NCBI GenBank assembly: GCA_964364425.1
Contig: CAYIMB010000003.1
Location: 1 to 57,307 of the forward strand
Reading direction: 5' to 3'
From: an uncultured Gammaproteobacteria bacterium
GTDB taxonomy: Bacteria; Patescibacteriota; Patescibacteriia; UBA9570; JBBTWU01
DNA length: 57,307 bases
Made by a program: the position numbers and the translations under genes
In this document: one piece after another, positions 25,385 to 36,147 of the stretch
Position numbering within the stretch: position 1 is the first letter of the stretch
How the letters are laid out: every line of letters starts with the position of its first letter
The notes under the pieces: model-generated
What the model saw: only the letters and a program-made list of their open reading frames with translations
Database searches by the model: none
Told to the model about the DNA's origin: nothing

Positions 25385-28300
25385 ATGCGGAGGACAGCAT
25401 CATCATACGTAACCTGGGGCAGCTTACTTGGAGTGGCCAGCGTGATTGGGTTAGTGGCCATAGCCTGGGCGGATCCGGCCTCAGCCCAAATTTCTACTGC
25501 GTTTGACATCACCGGACTAGGTACGCGTTCTCCCGTTGAGATCGCGCTGTCCTTAATTAACTGGATGTTGGGCATTCTGGCTCTGGTGGCTGTGGTATTT
25601 ATTTTGTACGGCGGATTTTTATGGCTGACCAGTGCGGGGAGTGAAGAGAAGATTGAGCAGGCCAAGCGGGTACTGATTAATGCCGGTATTGGGCTGCTGA
25701 TCATTTTGGCCGCATGGGGGATAGTGTTATACATACTCTCGGTCCTTTTAGCGGCAACCGGCACAGGCAATGTGAATGGCGGAGGTGGATGTACCACTGA
25801 CTGTTATGGTGGTGGGCTCCCTCCGAGCGGTTCCACTTTTTATGTTCGCAGCACTGATCCAAGGGATACAGAGACTGATGTAGTGTTGTGTACAGATATC
25901 TATATCCTGCTGTCTAAAGATATTGATACTATCACGGCCACTGCTGCAACCTTAGCCAGTGCCAATCCGACGTTTTATGTAAGAGCAGTTGATTCATCTA
26001 CTCTCCAAGACAAAGCTGGTAATGGAGGGGCTTGTGCGGCCAATGCGGACTGTGCTTCCACTCTATGTGACACAACTAGCTTCACTTGTACGGGTGACAA
26101 TCTAGCCGGAAGTATAGAACTTGATGTTTTAGATGCCGGTGAAACCACTGACCATTTTTCATTTTTACCTTCCTCTGATTTTGAATCTGATACTACTTAT
26201 ACGGCCACCGTGGCCGGGGGATCAAGCGGTATCTTATCTGAGATCTCTACTGGTGCGCTAACCATGGATGAGGATCACACCTTCACCTTTACAACCGGCA
26301 CTTCTACTGATACCACTTCTCCGTATGTGTCGGAAATTTCCGGAAGTTCTCCCTTCCCCTCTGAAGGAGAAACAGACGTGTGTTTGAATACCCCAATCAA
26401 CTACCAATTCTCTGAAGCCATTAGAACCTACACCGTGGATGATGACACCTCTTTTCTAGTCTCCTCAGACTCAACTTTGCCCAGCACCAACTTAGTCGAT
26501 CTGCGCTCGTTTGACTTTGGTGGTGACCGGAACTATGCCATGACTCGTCCTTCCGCCGCTCTGACGGCAAACTCTACATATTACTCTGAACTGTACGGTG
26601 GTGATATTGACGCAACGACCAGCGCATTTTCTCATGTGATTACGGATGCTTGCGGAAATCCTCTAGATGGTGACTTTGACGGAACACCTGCAGGAAATGT
26701 GGGGGGAGACGATTATTTTTCACCCGCTTACGACTTTAATGGCGACGGAACAGCGGATGATCCATTGGACTGGCAAACCGGAGATAATGCCTCGTGTATT
26801 CCGTTGATTGAAGCTATCAGCCCGACCAATGAGTACTATGGGTATGGAGATGATCCAACCACCACCGGAGATGATAGTGATGCCACCAGTATTTCCATCA
26901 CAGGTGAATACCTGACTCCTAACCCAGAAGTCATTTTTAATGACACTATTTACTCTTCTACCGGAGATTTATCCTGCTTTGACCAAGAACTTCCACCAAA
27001 CGAGGAAACGGTCTGTTTCTTGTCAGCCTCCTTATCTGAGGACCTGACTAAGCTACCGGTTGGTTCTCAAGACGGAGATGTGCGTGTGGTGGTGGCGGGT
27101 GAAGGAAGTCAATGTTTGTTTGATGAAGATGCAGACGGTACGGTGAGTTGTGCTTTTACGGTAGATAGCCCGTACATTGATTACATGGATCCGCATGATT
27201 CGGCACCAGGTGATTATGTCACCGTGGGCGGAGAGAATTTTGGTGATACTGAAGGGTTCGTGTATTTCCGAGCGGATGAAGAGACAGTAAAGGCTGGATA
27301 CCCGGAATATGTGGTGGCTGATCTGCCAGATTCGTGTGGAGATACCTGGAGCGACACGCAAGTAGTTGTGGTTGTGCCAGATGACTATCCTGTGGGCACG
27401 GACTTGGATATTCAGCTTGAAACAAAAGATGGCTACTGGTCAAATTTTACTTACTTCACTATTTCAGATACAGACCGACCGTCTTTGTGTGCCATGGCTC
27501 CTGAGTGTAATGATGCTGGCGCTCAGTCAAGCACTCTTACCGGGAAGAAGTTGGGAAGTTCAGGCACGGTGTTTTATGGAACCGGAGTGGGAACCAGTAC
27601 CAGTTGGAGCACTAATTCTATCAACGTTGTCTCACCTGGAGATATTACGGACGGTGAATACTATGTAAAAGTAGAAGTGGACGGGAATACCTCAAATGGA
27701 CTGGAGTATAACATTCCGTGTCCGGCAGGGAGTACATCTGGAACGCCGCCGGGTGGCTCTACCTTTTATGTGCGGGCCACTGATCCTGAGGATGGTGAAA
27801 CAGATGTAACGCTGTGTACGGATGTGTATGCCGTGTTCTCAGATGATATAACTGTGAGTAGTGCAATCAAGAGTAATTTTTACCTTCAAATTCAAGGGGG
27901 TTTAGGCGCCAGGACTAGCTGCTCAGCCAACACGGACTGCGCGTCTGCTTCCTGTTCCGGTGGGACCTGTCAGAAAAATGTGGTCAGCGGCAGCATAGAG
28001 CTTGATTCAGATGCCTCCAGTAACGGTACAGATCACGCCTCTTTCCTGCCTTCAACGGACTTTGAGGCCAATACCACCTATCTTGGCACTATTGTGGGTG
28101 GAACAAGCGGTCTTTTGGGGAGTGACGGTACAGCCCTGGATAATGACCATACTTTTACCTTTACCACCGGAACAACTACAGACACTGTCCCTCCGTACGT
28201 AGCAGAAAGCTCCTCATCTCCCTATCCAGCAGACGGGGCGACTGACGTGTGTTTGAACACGGCCGTAGCCTTTGGTTTTTCAGAAGCCATGCGGACATAT

Positions 28301-31300
28301 ACCTTTGATGATTCAAATTCAGTCCTGATTTCTTCCGCCTCAGACTTTAGCACAGCCAGCTTGGAGAACTTGCAAAGCTTTGACTTTGGAACAGATAGAG
28401 ATTCAGCCACCACACGGGTGTTCAATACTTTAAATTCTGAATTTGACTATTACTCACGGTTGTATGGAGGCGACTTACAATCAGATGGTACCTACGACAA
28501 CGTGGTGACTGACGCCTGCGGTAATCCTCTGGACGGTGACTTTGACGGAGCTAGCGAAGGTGCGCACGTGGATGATTATTTAGGCAGTGCTGACACTGAT
28601 CAACCTATTAATTGGACGACCGGCACAACGGCCGAATGTGCTCCCATCATCACTTCTATCTCACCAACCAACGAATATTACGGCGTAGCCGGAGAGACTG
28701 ACGATTATTTGAGCATAGCAGGATTCTACCTGACCCCAAACCCTGATGTTGTCTTTTTTCAAAACCAGTATTCTTCTGACGGCGAAGAAACCTGTTTTGA
28801 TACAGATTCACCTCCAGATGTGGAAGCGGAATGTTATGATTCCATTAACTCTGAAGAACATGAATTGTTCAGCAAGATTCCAGTTGGCTCAGAAGACGGA
28901 TCAGTCTCCGTCACAGTGGCTGGCTTGAGTTCCAGTTGTTCGTTTGATGAAGACGGTGACGGTTCCACTAGCTGTCAAATTTCTATTGATAGTCCTCATA
29001 TTGATTATGTCTCTCCCAGTGATGCAGCGGCCGGTGATTACGTGACTATTGGAGGCACTAATTTTGGCAGTTCCACCGGAACAGTCTATTTTAGGTCTTC
29101 AGACGGTACAGACGTGACAGCAGAGTTGCCTCCTTCGTCTTGTGGTGATACCTGGACGGATACTCAGATTGTGGTAGTGGTGCCCAGCGACTTTGCCTCG
29201 GGGACGGCCTTGGATGTTCAGGTGCAAATGAATTCCTCGCTTGGCGGGTACTATTCAAATCTGGAAGACTTTGATGTGTCTGATGCAAATCGACCTTCTG
29301 TGTGTTCTGTGAGCCCGTCTTGTCATGATTCCGCAGGACAAGCAGCCACCATCACCGGGAAGAAGTTTGGATCAAGCGGAACGGTCAACTACGGGGAGAC
29401 GGCAGGGAGCAGTACCTCTTGGGCAGACACCAGCATTGCCGCGGTGGCTCCAAGCAGTTTAGTGCAGGATGAATATTATCTTACTGTCACTGACGTCAGC
29501 GGAAATGAATCAAATGGAGTGAGTTATGATATTCCATGTAACAACGCTCCTGAAGTTGTTGAGGTTAGTTTATGTGAGGAGAGTTCAGAAATTTATCCTC
29601 TGCCTAACCCCACGCCGAATGAGGATGAGGCTTGTGTCAACTCAGATATTGAGGTGATGTTTGATCTGGATATGGACGACACCACATTCACGACTACTAA
29701 CTTGACTTTGGTGGAATGTAATACAGTTCCCAACACTGACGGTACTGACACGTTTTCCTCTTCCGACTGTTCCACTACAAACTTAATCCAGTCAGGGTTT
29801 ATAGACCAAACTGAAACCGTCACCTATGACACCACCACCTATTACGGATTCCGTGTAGACCCAGATGATTTTGATGCCAATACATGGTATCAGATGACCA
29901 TAGAGTCTGACGTGCAAAGCGCGGCCGGGGTTGGTTTGGCGGAAGACTACACCTACCACTTTAAGGTGAGAGATTCAGATGAGCCATGTGCCTTGTCTAG
30001 TATTGCCATCCAGCCGTCCTCTATTACCCATAATGCGTATTGTGCAGATGCAAATGATGATGGAGACACGGCAGATAGCGGAGAATGTCCGCGCACGGAT
30101 GGTGAGTATTCAGGAAGCGCCTATTCAGGTGAATGTTTGCTCCTAGATTCAGATGCATATAGCTGGAGCTGGGCTCTGACTAACCCGACCGGAGCGGATT
30201 GTACAGACGTGGATAATGATGGGTTGTCTTCTTCTCAGGAAACGACTCAGGGGACAGATGCCAGCAATAAAGATTCAGACGGTGATACCTATGAAGATGG
30301 TTGGGAGGTTGAACAAGGCACAGATCCTCTTGTTGCAACTTCTGTCCCTACCACATCCGGAGATCTCACGGCTGATGATATCTGTGAAGATACAGAAGCT
30401 TGTGTTGATACGGCCGGAGTTGGCACATGTACCAGTGTGGTGGGAGATTTTAGTGACTCAGGTTCGGGAGATTTCAGCTCATCCGGTGCGAAAGTGACGG
30501 TCTACCCAGGCGGAAGTGACAATGATAACCAAGGGACCGCTGACGTAGATGCTGAGGCTTCCGGTCTCACGGATGACGCTGTGTATAAAGTTGATTTTGG
30601 ATACTGTGAATCAGATCGGGATTGCGAATTGTCCTGCGCTGGTTCAACCTGCGACGACAGTATTAACCGTTGCACCCCCGTGGTCACTGACTTCTCTCCA
30701 ACCAGTGGAGAGTTGGGTACTTGGGTGACTATTAATGGTTGTATGTTTGGGCCAAGCAAAGGGAATGTGCAGTGGGAAGACGGCTCAACGGTTATAGATA
30801 CTGACTGGCCGGATGAGGTATTGTGCGGGGACACCTGGACTGATACCCAAATTGTGACTGCATTTCCTACCTTGTATGCTGCGGGTTCAGACGGAGTGGC
30901 GGATGATACTGTTCCTACCAGTTCTTACGCTGTTAATGTTATGAATACCTATGATCTGGAGGATACCACTTCCACTGAATTCCAGGTGAATACAGATGTG
31001 CACGCGGGACTCTGCCGTATCTCACCTGATGCGCAGACAATAGGGGAAAGTGTGAATTTTTATGGTCAGAATTTTGATGTTACAGAAGGAACGGTTTCTT
31101 TTAATCCAGCCAGCGGTTCCACTACACCTTCTGCTCGTGTGTCTGCAGATGTGGATGAGACCACTTGGGCTGATACACAAATCAGCACCATTCTTCCGGA
31201 CGGTGCGCAAACTGGTTTATCCGCTTCCGGTGAAGAAGGGGTGAAAGTAGTCTTGTCAGATGGCAGTACAGAGTCAAATGCACTTGATTTTACTGTGACC

Positions 31301-33883
31301 TACGAGGCACCTACGATTGAATCAAGTGACCCAGCAGACGGAGATGTGGACATTTGTCCTAATGCGGCTTTGAGCGTAGATTTCTCTGAAGACATGACTG
31401 GATTTAGTTTTGGATCTAGCGCGTCAGTCCGCTTGTATACAGTCATTACGGATAGCAGCGGAACTGAGACTTTGACCAGTGTTCCAATACGACCGGTTTC
31501 TACTAGCGGCAGTTCTATAACCATTACTCCACGGACATCATTAGACGTATCTTCTGTTTATCGGATTGTGTTGATCAGTGAAACTTCAAGTCAAATTGTG
31601 GGTGTGAATTCCGGTTTGAATTTAGCAGACGGTACAGCCTTAATAGAATTTACTACCAGTAGTGTTATTTGTACCCCTGACCATATTGAAGTCACCGTGA
31701 GCGCAAATGAGCTGGAAGAAAACTTAGACCTTGACGCCAGTGGTGTGATTGAAGACGAAGACGTCAATCTGTCCAGTTGGACTTACACTGAGGCGGATGA
31801 AGCGCGCGAATGGACGGCGCGTATGTATGATAGTAATGATAACGAATTGGCTAATGTAGCGGATCTCTCCTGGACTTGGAGTTGGTCTCCCTTGTATGAC
31901 GAAACCGCTTGTGTGAATGCGGTTTGGGTCAGCTCAATTGAAGGTGACACGGATTTAGATCTGTTGGAAGATGAGTACGAAGATGTGATTGGGACTGATC
32001 CGGAGGATTACGACACTGATGGTGACGGCTTTGGTGACGGGTGGGAGCTAGAAGTTGATACAGACCCGTTAGATCAGAACTCTTTTCCAAATGCGACTGA
32101 TGTGGCTGATAATGATGGTCTGCTTATTTCAGAAGAAACCCAATACGGAACAGACTACACTGAATACGACACTGATGGTGACGGCTTTGGTGACGGGTGG
32201 GAAGTCTTAAATGGCTCTGATCCACTAGATGTAATTGAATTTCCAACCGTGGCTGACCCAACCACCACGGCTGATGCAGATGCAGATGGCTTGTTTGAAG
32301 TCACTGGGGCAACTGAAGAGACTACCTATGGGACAAATTCTTCTGATAACGACACAGATGGTGACACCTGGTTGGACGGATGGGAAGTCCTGTACGGCAC
32401 TGATCCAAATGACTCGGCTTCCGTTCCTGCATTGGCTGACCCCGGTACAGATAATGATGGAGATGGTTTAGGCTCTGTTGAGGAAGGGGTTGAGGGTACC
32501 AGTAATAGTGACTATGACTCAGATGATGATGGTTTTGGAGATGGTTGGGAAGTTGATAAGGCAACTGACCCAACGGATGACGCTAGTTACCCCACGGAAG
32601 CTGAAACACTCACTGGTCTGGATGAATCCCAAACAGTAGTGTCTGGAGATGAGGACAATGAAACCTCATCTGTGGCTGTGACCGCCAACGCGCACACCGG
32701 TTGGTCAGGTTCCTTTTCTACTACTTCCAGTGTGGCTGTCCAATTCTGTGAGGGGGACAGTTGGCAGTATTCAGATACCATTCAACACATGATGTTATGG
32801 TACTGTGATGAAAATCATACCTTGCCTGATTTGGACGGCCCGGTTGTGACCGCTGGCACCAGCAGCACAGAGTACTTCCGCCAGTATTTATTCCCATCAG
32901 AAGATGACGACAATGACACCATTGGTATCAGGGTGTATGCCAATAGCACGGATTTTCTGACCCCGGAAGAATGGGTCTTAGCTAACGTTCCTAACGCTGG
33001 AGACCTGAGCCTGAGTTCTACCACGGTTGATGGCTACCCGGCGGTCAGAAGCACCAACGCCATCTACGTTGACGCTTCTTATGTGGCCGACTCTTCTGGC
33101 GGATACCGTTTGTACAACAACATATATCTGATTACCTGGACACAAGGCGGAGATGCTGAAACCATAGCAGCAGAATTATTAGATAACTGGCAGTTCAACA
33201 CTAACGTGGATGATTCTGCAGCCACGGATACAATCAGCGGACCAGATCAGGGTTGTGTGTACAGTTCTAAATCAAAACTACAGAGGGATACTGAGCGGTT
33301 GATTGAAGTCTACACGGTGTCAGACCTGCTTGAAGACCAATACACGGCAGACAGTGAGTATCCTTTGCCTAAGAGCGACACCTTAAGTTCTTATATTGAA
33401 CATATTACCAACTCCGTTTGGCCCAGCTGGCAAGGAGCCTTAGGGAATGTCTTAGGCGAAGCTTTAGGTGAGGATCCAATCAACGAGTTCCTGGATGCAA
33501 CAGATGCAAATGGGGATGCTATCACCGACTATCTGAATGCAGATGCAACTAATGAGTGTCCTTATTCGCCTGACACCAACGAATTCTATGATATCAGCGG
33601 TACCTGTTGGGATAATGTCAACCTTGATTTCTACTGTCCAGATAACTCTTATGTGTATCTGTACAAACGTGATGAAACGGATTCAACCGACGCTTGGTTG
33701 TACGGTCATATGGAATACACCTCTGATAACGCAAGCGTAGACAGATACTATCCAACTGGTCAGTACAATACCTACGCTTCCAGCTCTACTAACTACAGTC
33801 CATGTGGGTCTTCCTATGACTGCAGTTGTTTCAACTTTGCCGTCAACAGTGAAAACGGAGATGTCTTTACTGGAGGAGAATAG
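25385..33883 (+). CDS. Giant acidic surface protein: N-terminal TrbC/VirB2-like pilin, Ig-like and IPT/TIG domains, Cys-rich modules, Ca-binding DxDxDG repeats
   Basis: YGGFLWLTSAG...KIEQAK...GLLII pilin motif; repeated G.NFG/WSDTQ IPT motifs; DTDGDG..DGWE repeats. Confidence 0.85.
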   Translation: MRRTASSYVTWGSLLGVASVIGLVAIAWADPASAQISTAFDITGLGTRSPVEIALSLINWMLGILALVAVVFILYGGFLWLTSAGSEEKIEQAKRVLINAGIGLLIILAAWGIVLYILSVLLAATGTGNVNGGGGCTTDCYGGGLPPSGSTFYVRSTDPRDTETDVVLCTDIYILLSKDIDTITATAATLASANPTFYVRAVDSSTLQDKAGNGGACAANADCASTLCDTTSFTCTGDNLAGSIELDVLDAGETTDHFSFLPSSDFESDTTYTATVAGGSSGILSEISTGALTMDEDHTFTFTTGTSTDTTSPYVSEISGSSPFPSEGETDVCLNTPINYQFSEAIRTYTVDDDTSFLVSSDSTLPSTNLVDLRSFDFGGDRNYAMTRPSAALTANSTYYSELYGGDIDATTSAFSHVITDACGNPLDGDFDGTPAGNVGGDDYFSPAYDFNGDGTADDPLDWQTGDNASCIPLIEAISPTNEYYGYGDDPTTTGDDSDATSISITGEYLTPNPEVIFNDTIYSSTGDLSCFDQELPPNEETVCFLSASLSEDLTKLPVGSQDGDVRVVVAGEGSQCLFDEDADGTVSCAFTVDSPYIDYMDPHDSAPGDYVTVGGENFGDTEGFVYFRADEETVKAGYPEYVVADLPDSCGDTWSDTQVVVVVPDDYPVGTDLDIQLETKDGYWSNFTYFTISDTDRPSLCAMAPECNDAGAQSSTLTGKKLGSSGTVFYGTGVGTSTSWSTNSINVVSPGDITDGEYYVKVEVDGNTSNGLEYNIPCPAGSTSGTPPGGSTFYVRATDPEDGETDVTLCTDVYAVFSDDITVSSAIKSNFYLQIQGGLGARTSCSANTDCASASCSGGTCQKNVVSGSIELDSDASSNGTDHASFLPSTDFEANTTYLGTIVGGTSGLLGSDGTALDNDHTFTFTTGTTTDTVPPYVAESSSSPYPADGATDVCLNTAVAFGFSEAMRTYTFDDSNSVLISSASDFSTASLENLQSFDFGTDRDSATTRVFNTLNSEFDYYSRLYGGDLQSDGTYDNVVTDACGNPLDGDFDGASEGAHVDDYLGSADTDQPINWTTGTTAECAPIITSISPTNEYYGVAGETDDYLSIAGFYLTPNPDVVFFQNQYSSDGEETCFDTDSPPDVEAECYDSINSEEHELFSKIPVGSEDGSVSVTVAGLSSSCSFDEDGDGSTSCQISIDSPHIDYVSPSDAAAGDYVTIGGTNFGSSTGTVYFRSSDGTDVTAELPPSSCGDTWTDTQIVVVVPSDFASGTALDVQVQMNSSLGGYYSNLEDFDVSDANRPSVCSVSPSCHDSAGQAATITGKKFGSSGTVNYGETAGSSTSWADTSIAAVAPSSLVQDEYYLTVTDVSGNESNGVSYDIPCNNAPEVVEVSLCEESSEIYPLPNPTPNEDEACVNSDIEVMFDLDMDDTTFTTTNLTLVECNTVPNTDGTDTFSSSDCSTTNLIQSGFIDQTETVTYDTTTYYGFRVDPDDFDANTWYQMTIESDVQSAAGVGLAEDYTYHFKVRDSDEPCALSSIAIQPSSITHNAYCADANDDGDTADSGECPRTDGEYSGSAYSGECLLLDSDAYSWSWALTNPTGADCTDVDNDGLSSSQETTQGTDASNKDSDGDTYEDGWEVEQGTDPLVATSVPTTSGDLTADDICEDTEACVDTAGVGTCTSVVGDFSDSGSGDFSSSGAKVTVYPGGSDNDNQGTADVDAEASGLTDDAVYKVDFGYCESDRDCELSCAGSTCDDSINRCTPVVTDFSPTSGELGTWVTINGCMFGPSKGNVQWEDGSTVIDTDWPDEVLCGDTWTDTQIVTAFPTLYAAGSDGVADDTVPTSSYAVNVMNTYDLEDTTSTEFQVNTDVHAGLCRISPDAQTIGESVNFYGQNFDVTEGTVSFNPASGSTTPSARVSADVDETTWADTQISTILPDGAQTGLSASGEEGVKVVLSDGSTESNALDFTVTYEAPTIESSDPADGDVDICPNAALSVDFSEDMTGFSFGSSASVRLYTVITDSSGTETLTSVPIRPVSTSGSSITITPRTSLDVSSVYRIVLISETSSQIVGVNSGLNLADGTALIEFTTSSVICTPDHIEVTVSANELEENLDLDASGVIEDEDVNLSSWTYTEADEAREWTARMYDSNDNELANVADLSWTWSWSPLYDETACVNAVWVSSIEGDTDLDLLEDEYEDVIGTDPEDYDTDGDGFGDGWELEVDTDPLDQNSFPNATDVADNDGLLISEETQYGTDYTEYDTDGDGFGDGWEVLNGSDPLDVIEFPTVADPTTTADADADGLFEVTGATEETTYGTNSSDNDTDGDTWLDGWEVLYGTDPNDSASVPALADPGTDNDGDGLGSVEEGVEGTSNSDYDSDDDGFGDGWEVDKATDPTDDASYPTEAETLTGLDESQTVVSGDEDNETSSVAVTANAHTGWSGSFSTTSSVAVQFCEGDSWQYSDTIQHMMLWYCDENHTLPDLDGPVVTAGTSSTEYFRQYLFPSEDDDNDTIGIRVYANSTDFLTPEEWVLANVPNAGDLSLSSTTVDGYPAVRSTNAIYVDASYVADSSGGYRLYNNIYLITWTQGGDAETIAAELLDNWQFNTNVDDSAATDTISGPDQGCVYSSKSKLQRDTERLIEVYTVSDLLEDQYTADSEYPLPKSDTLSSYIEHITNSVWPSWQGALGNVLGEALGEDPINEFLDATDANGDAITDYLNADATNECPYSPDTNEFYDISGTCWDNVNLDFYCPDNSYVYLYKRDETDSTDAWLYGHMEYTSDNASVDRYYPTGQYNTYASSSTNYSPCGSSYDCSCFNFAVNSENGDVFTGGE
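32009..32202 (+). repeat. Exact 38-bp direct repeat in the DxDxDG repeat region
   Basis: TACGACACTGATGGTGACGGCTTTGGTGACGGGTGGGA at 32009-32046 and 32165-32202. Confidence 0.9.
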
Positions 33884-33886
33884 CCT

Positions 33887-34459
33887 ATGGCAGTAGAGGA
33901 TATCTTTGCAGAACCGGGCACCTCTCCCACACCCCAGCCTCCGGTACAGAGGCCCGTGGCCCCTGTGGTTACACCACCACCTGAAGATAAATTTGCTTTC
34001 GAGGAAAAACCCAAAAAACGTGGTATACTATGGGTGTTGTTTAGTGTTGTGGTTTTACTGCTAGGCTTGGGTGCGTTTTTAGCCTGGAGGTATGTGTGGT
34101 CTGAACCTCAGGCGAACACAACCTCACTCACTCCAGTTGATCTCAACCTCTTGCCTGAAGAAGAGGAATCCGAGGTGCCAACCAATACCTCAACATTGAT
34201 CAACCAAGCCCCGGCCTCGCCTGATGCAGACAGGGACGGTTTGACTCAGGAGGAGGAGCTGGCTTTTGGGACGTCTGATCAAGACCCAGATTCAGATGAT
34301 GATGGGTTGAATGATAAGGAAGAGGTTAAGCTCTATACAACGGATCCTAATGACCCAGACACGGACGGAGACACTTTTCCCGACGGGGAAGAGGTCAGGA
34401 ATTTATACAACCCAAATGGTCCAGGGAAATTGTTTAGCCTAGAAAATATTCAACTTTAA
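33887..34459 (+). CDS. Membrane-anchored protein with thrombospondin type 3-like Ca-binding repeats
   Basis: One TM helix; DADRDGL, DSDDDGL, DTDGD. Confidence 0.75.
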   Translation: MAVEDIFAEPGTSPTPQPPVQRPVAPVVTPPPEDKFAFEEKPKKRGILWVLFSVVVLLLGLGAFLAWRYVWSEPQANTTSLTPVDLNLLPEEEESEVPTNTSTLINQAPASPDADRDGLTQEEELAFGTSDQDPDSDDDGLNDKEEVKLYTTDPNDPDTDGDTFPDGEEVRNLYNPNGPGKLFSLENIQL

Positions 34460-34463
34460 ACGC

Positions 34464-35780
34464 ATGGCCAATAACCCACCCAATCTCCCTCCCCCACCAG
34501 CTCCCGGCGGATTTGCACCTCCCGGCGGAACGCCTCTGAATAATGCACCAGCTCCCGTCTCTGGCGGACCAGCCTTATCTTATGGTGCACCGGTGGCCGG
34601 CTCTGGAGGCGCCACGCAAGCCCCACCAGCTCCCCCTCAGGCCGTCCAACCTGTAGCCCCCAGTTCAGCCGTACCAAAATTGAACCAGCAGCCTATTCCT
34701 CCTGCTCGAGGGAGTGCCGTGCTCAGCCAACCAGCCACGGCGTATGGGGCTCAAGCTCGGAGTATGCAGCCAACTCCTCCCGGACAGAATATCAGCGCCG
34801 AGCCGGAGGTTCATACCATGCCTGAAAAGTTTTTACCTCAAGCCCAGACCAAAAAACCAATGGGATCACTTAAGAGGATGTTACTGATTGGAGGAACCAT
34901 TGTGGCTGTGATGTTGATTGTTACGGCTGCGGTGGTGTTAATTTTTTCACGCCAGCAGCAGGCGGCTAATCAAAATGTGACTGTAGTCAATACCTCAAAC
35001 GTAAATCGAACTAATACGAATGTGGTCAATGTGAACGTTAATCAGAATGTAAATGGTGTGAACGCGAATGCAAACGTTAACACAAATATAAATGCTAACG
35101 CAAACGGTAATACCAACACCAACACGAATACTAATACCAACAGCACCATTAATACCAACACCGGAGAAACTCCGGAAATCAGCTCAACCAAAGACACAGA
35201 TAAAGATAACTTGACGGATAATGAAGAAATCATCTGGGGTTCTGGTCAGTCCAAGCCTGATACTGACGGTGACGGGTTCCTGGACGGTGAAGAGATTCTC
35301 AACGGGTATAGCCCAACCTCTACCACCACCTTGGCTCTAGATCCCAACGCGGCCTCCTTTGAGAATGAAACGTACGGCTATACCATATTGTACCCGGCTC
35401 GTTGGGTAGCTGGTCAGCTAGATGAATCAGACGTGGATATTCTGTTTACCGCTGAGACAGGGGAGTTTGTAGAAGTAACTGTAGGTTCAAACCCAAAACT
35501 GCAAACGGCCAAGCAGTGGTACTTGGAACAATTTCCGGAGATTAACGGGAAGGATTTAGAGTCCTTTGAGCTTACTGGCGTGGTTGGAGTGAAGAGTATT
35601 GATGGGCTGACCGGGTATGTTGCTTCCGGTGATACCATTTTGGTGGTGACCTACAATATTGGAACTCGCTCCCAAGCCAATTTCTTGACCACATTTGAGA
35701 TGATGTTACATACTTTTAGCTTGAGCACCAATGGCGCTACATCTAGCAATCAGAACAACAACCAAAACGCCAATCAGTAA
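34464..35780 (+). CDS. Membrane-anchored protein: Pro-rich N-terminus, Asn/Thr-rich stalk, DxDxDG repeats, PsbP-like C-terminal domain
   Basis: Composition; single TM helix; N.TYGYTILYP..W motif. Confidence 0.7.
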   Translation: MANNPPNLPPPPAPGGFAPPGGTPLNNAPAPVSGGPALSYGAPVAGSGGATQAPPAPPQAVQPVAPSSAVPKLNQQPIPPARGSAVLSQPATAYGAQARSMQPTPPGQNISAEPEVHTMPEKFLPQAQTKKPMGSLKRMLLIGGTIVAVMLIVTAAVVLIFSRQQQAANQNVTVVNTSNVNRTNTNVVNVNVNQNVNGVNANANVNTNINANANGNTNTNTNTNTNSTINTNTGETPEISSTKDTDKDNLTDNEEIIWGSGQSKPDTDGDGFLDGEEILNGYSPTSTTTLALDPNAASFENETYGYTILYPARWVAGQLDESDVDILFTAETGEFVEVTVGSNPKLQTAKQWYLEQFPEINGKDLESFELTGVVGVKSIDGLTGYVASGDTILVVTYNIGTRSQANFLTTFEMMLHTFSLSTNGATSSNQNNNQNANQ

Positions 35781-36147
35781 GGTCCAGATAAAACGATTTA
35801 TCCGGTGTACACAGAAGCTCGTGGCGTTTCCTACAGATTATGACTTGTCCGTGGTATGTGTAGGTGAAACGGCCATGCGGAACTTGCAACGGCGTTACAG
35901 GAATAAGCTCACAGCAACCAACGTCCTATCCTTCCCGTATGATGAGACCAGCGGAGAGGTGGTCCTGTGTATCCCGGTGATTCAGCGACAAGCCAAAGCC
36001 AAACAGGTGAAATTCCCCGCAGAGTTGCTATACTTACTGAGTCATGGTCTACTTCATTTAGTGGGTTTTGATCATGTCGGGTCAAACCAACAAGCCGAGC
36101 GTATGGAACGCCTTGAACAACGCATGTTGCAGCAATGTTATCGTTAA
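35731..36147 (+). CDS. ybeY: rRNA maturation endoribonuclease YbeY
   Basis: TNVLSF; HGLLHLVGFDH. Confidence 0.9.
   Translation: MALHLAIRTTTKTPISKVQIKRFIRCTQKLVAFPTDYDLSVVCVGETAMRNLQRRYRNKLTATNVLSFPYDETSGEVVLCIPVIQRQAKAKQVKFPAELLYLLSHGLLHLVGFDHVGSNQQAERMERLEQRMLQQCYR

Noticed and set aside
31940-32600. Periodic repeats resembling a CRISPR array
   Set aside because: These are coding DxDxDG..DGWE repeats, degenerate at third codon positions; no cas genes.
34970-35160. AAC/AAT-rich tract as a DGR template repeat
   Set aside because: It is the in-frame Asn/Thr/Val low-complexity stalk of 34464..35780 and shows no alignment to the candidate variable region.
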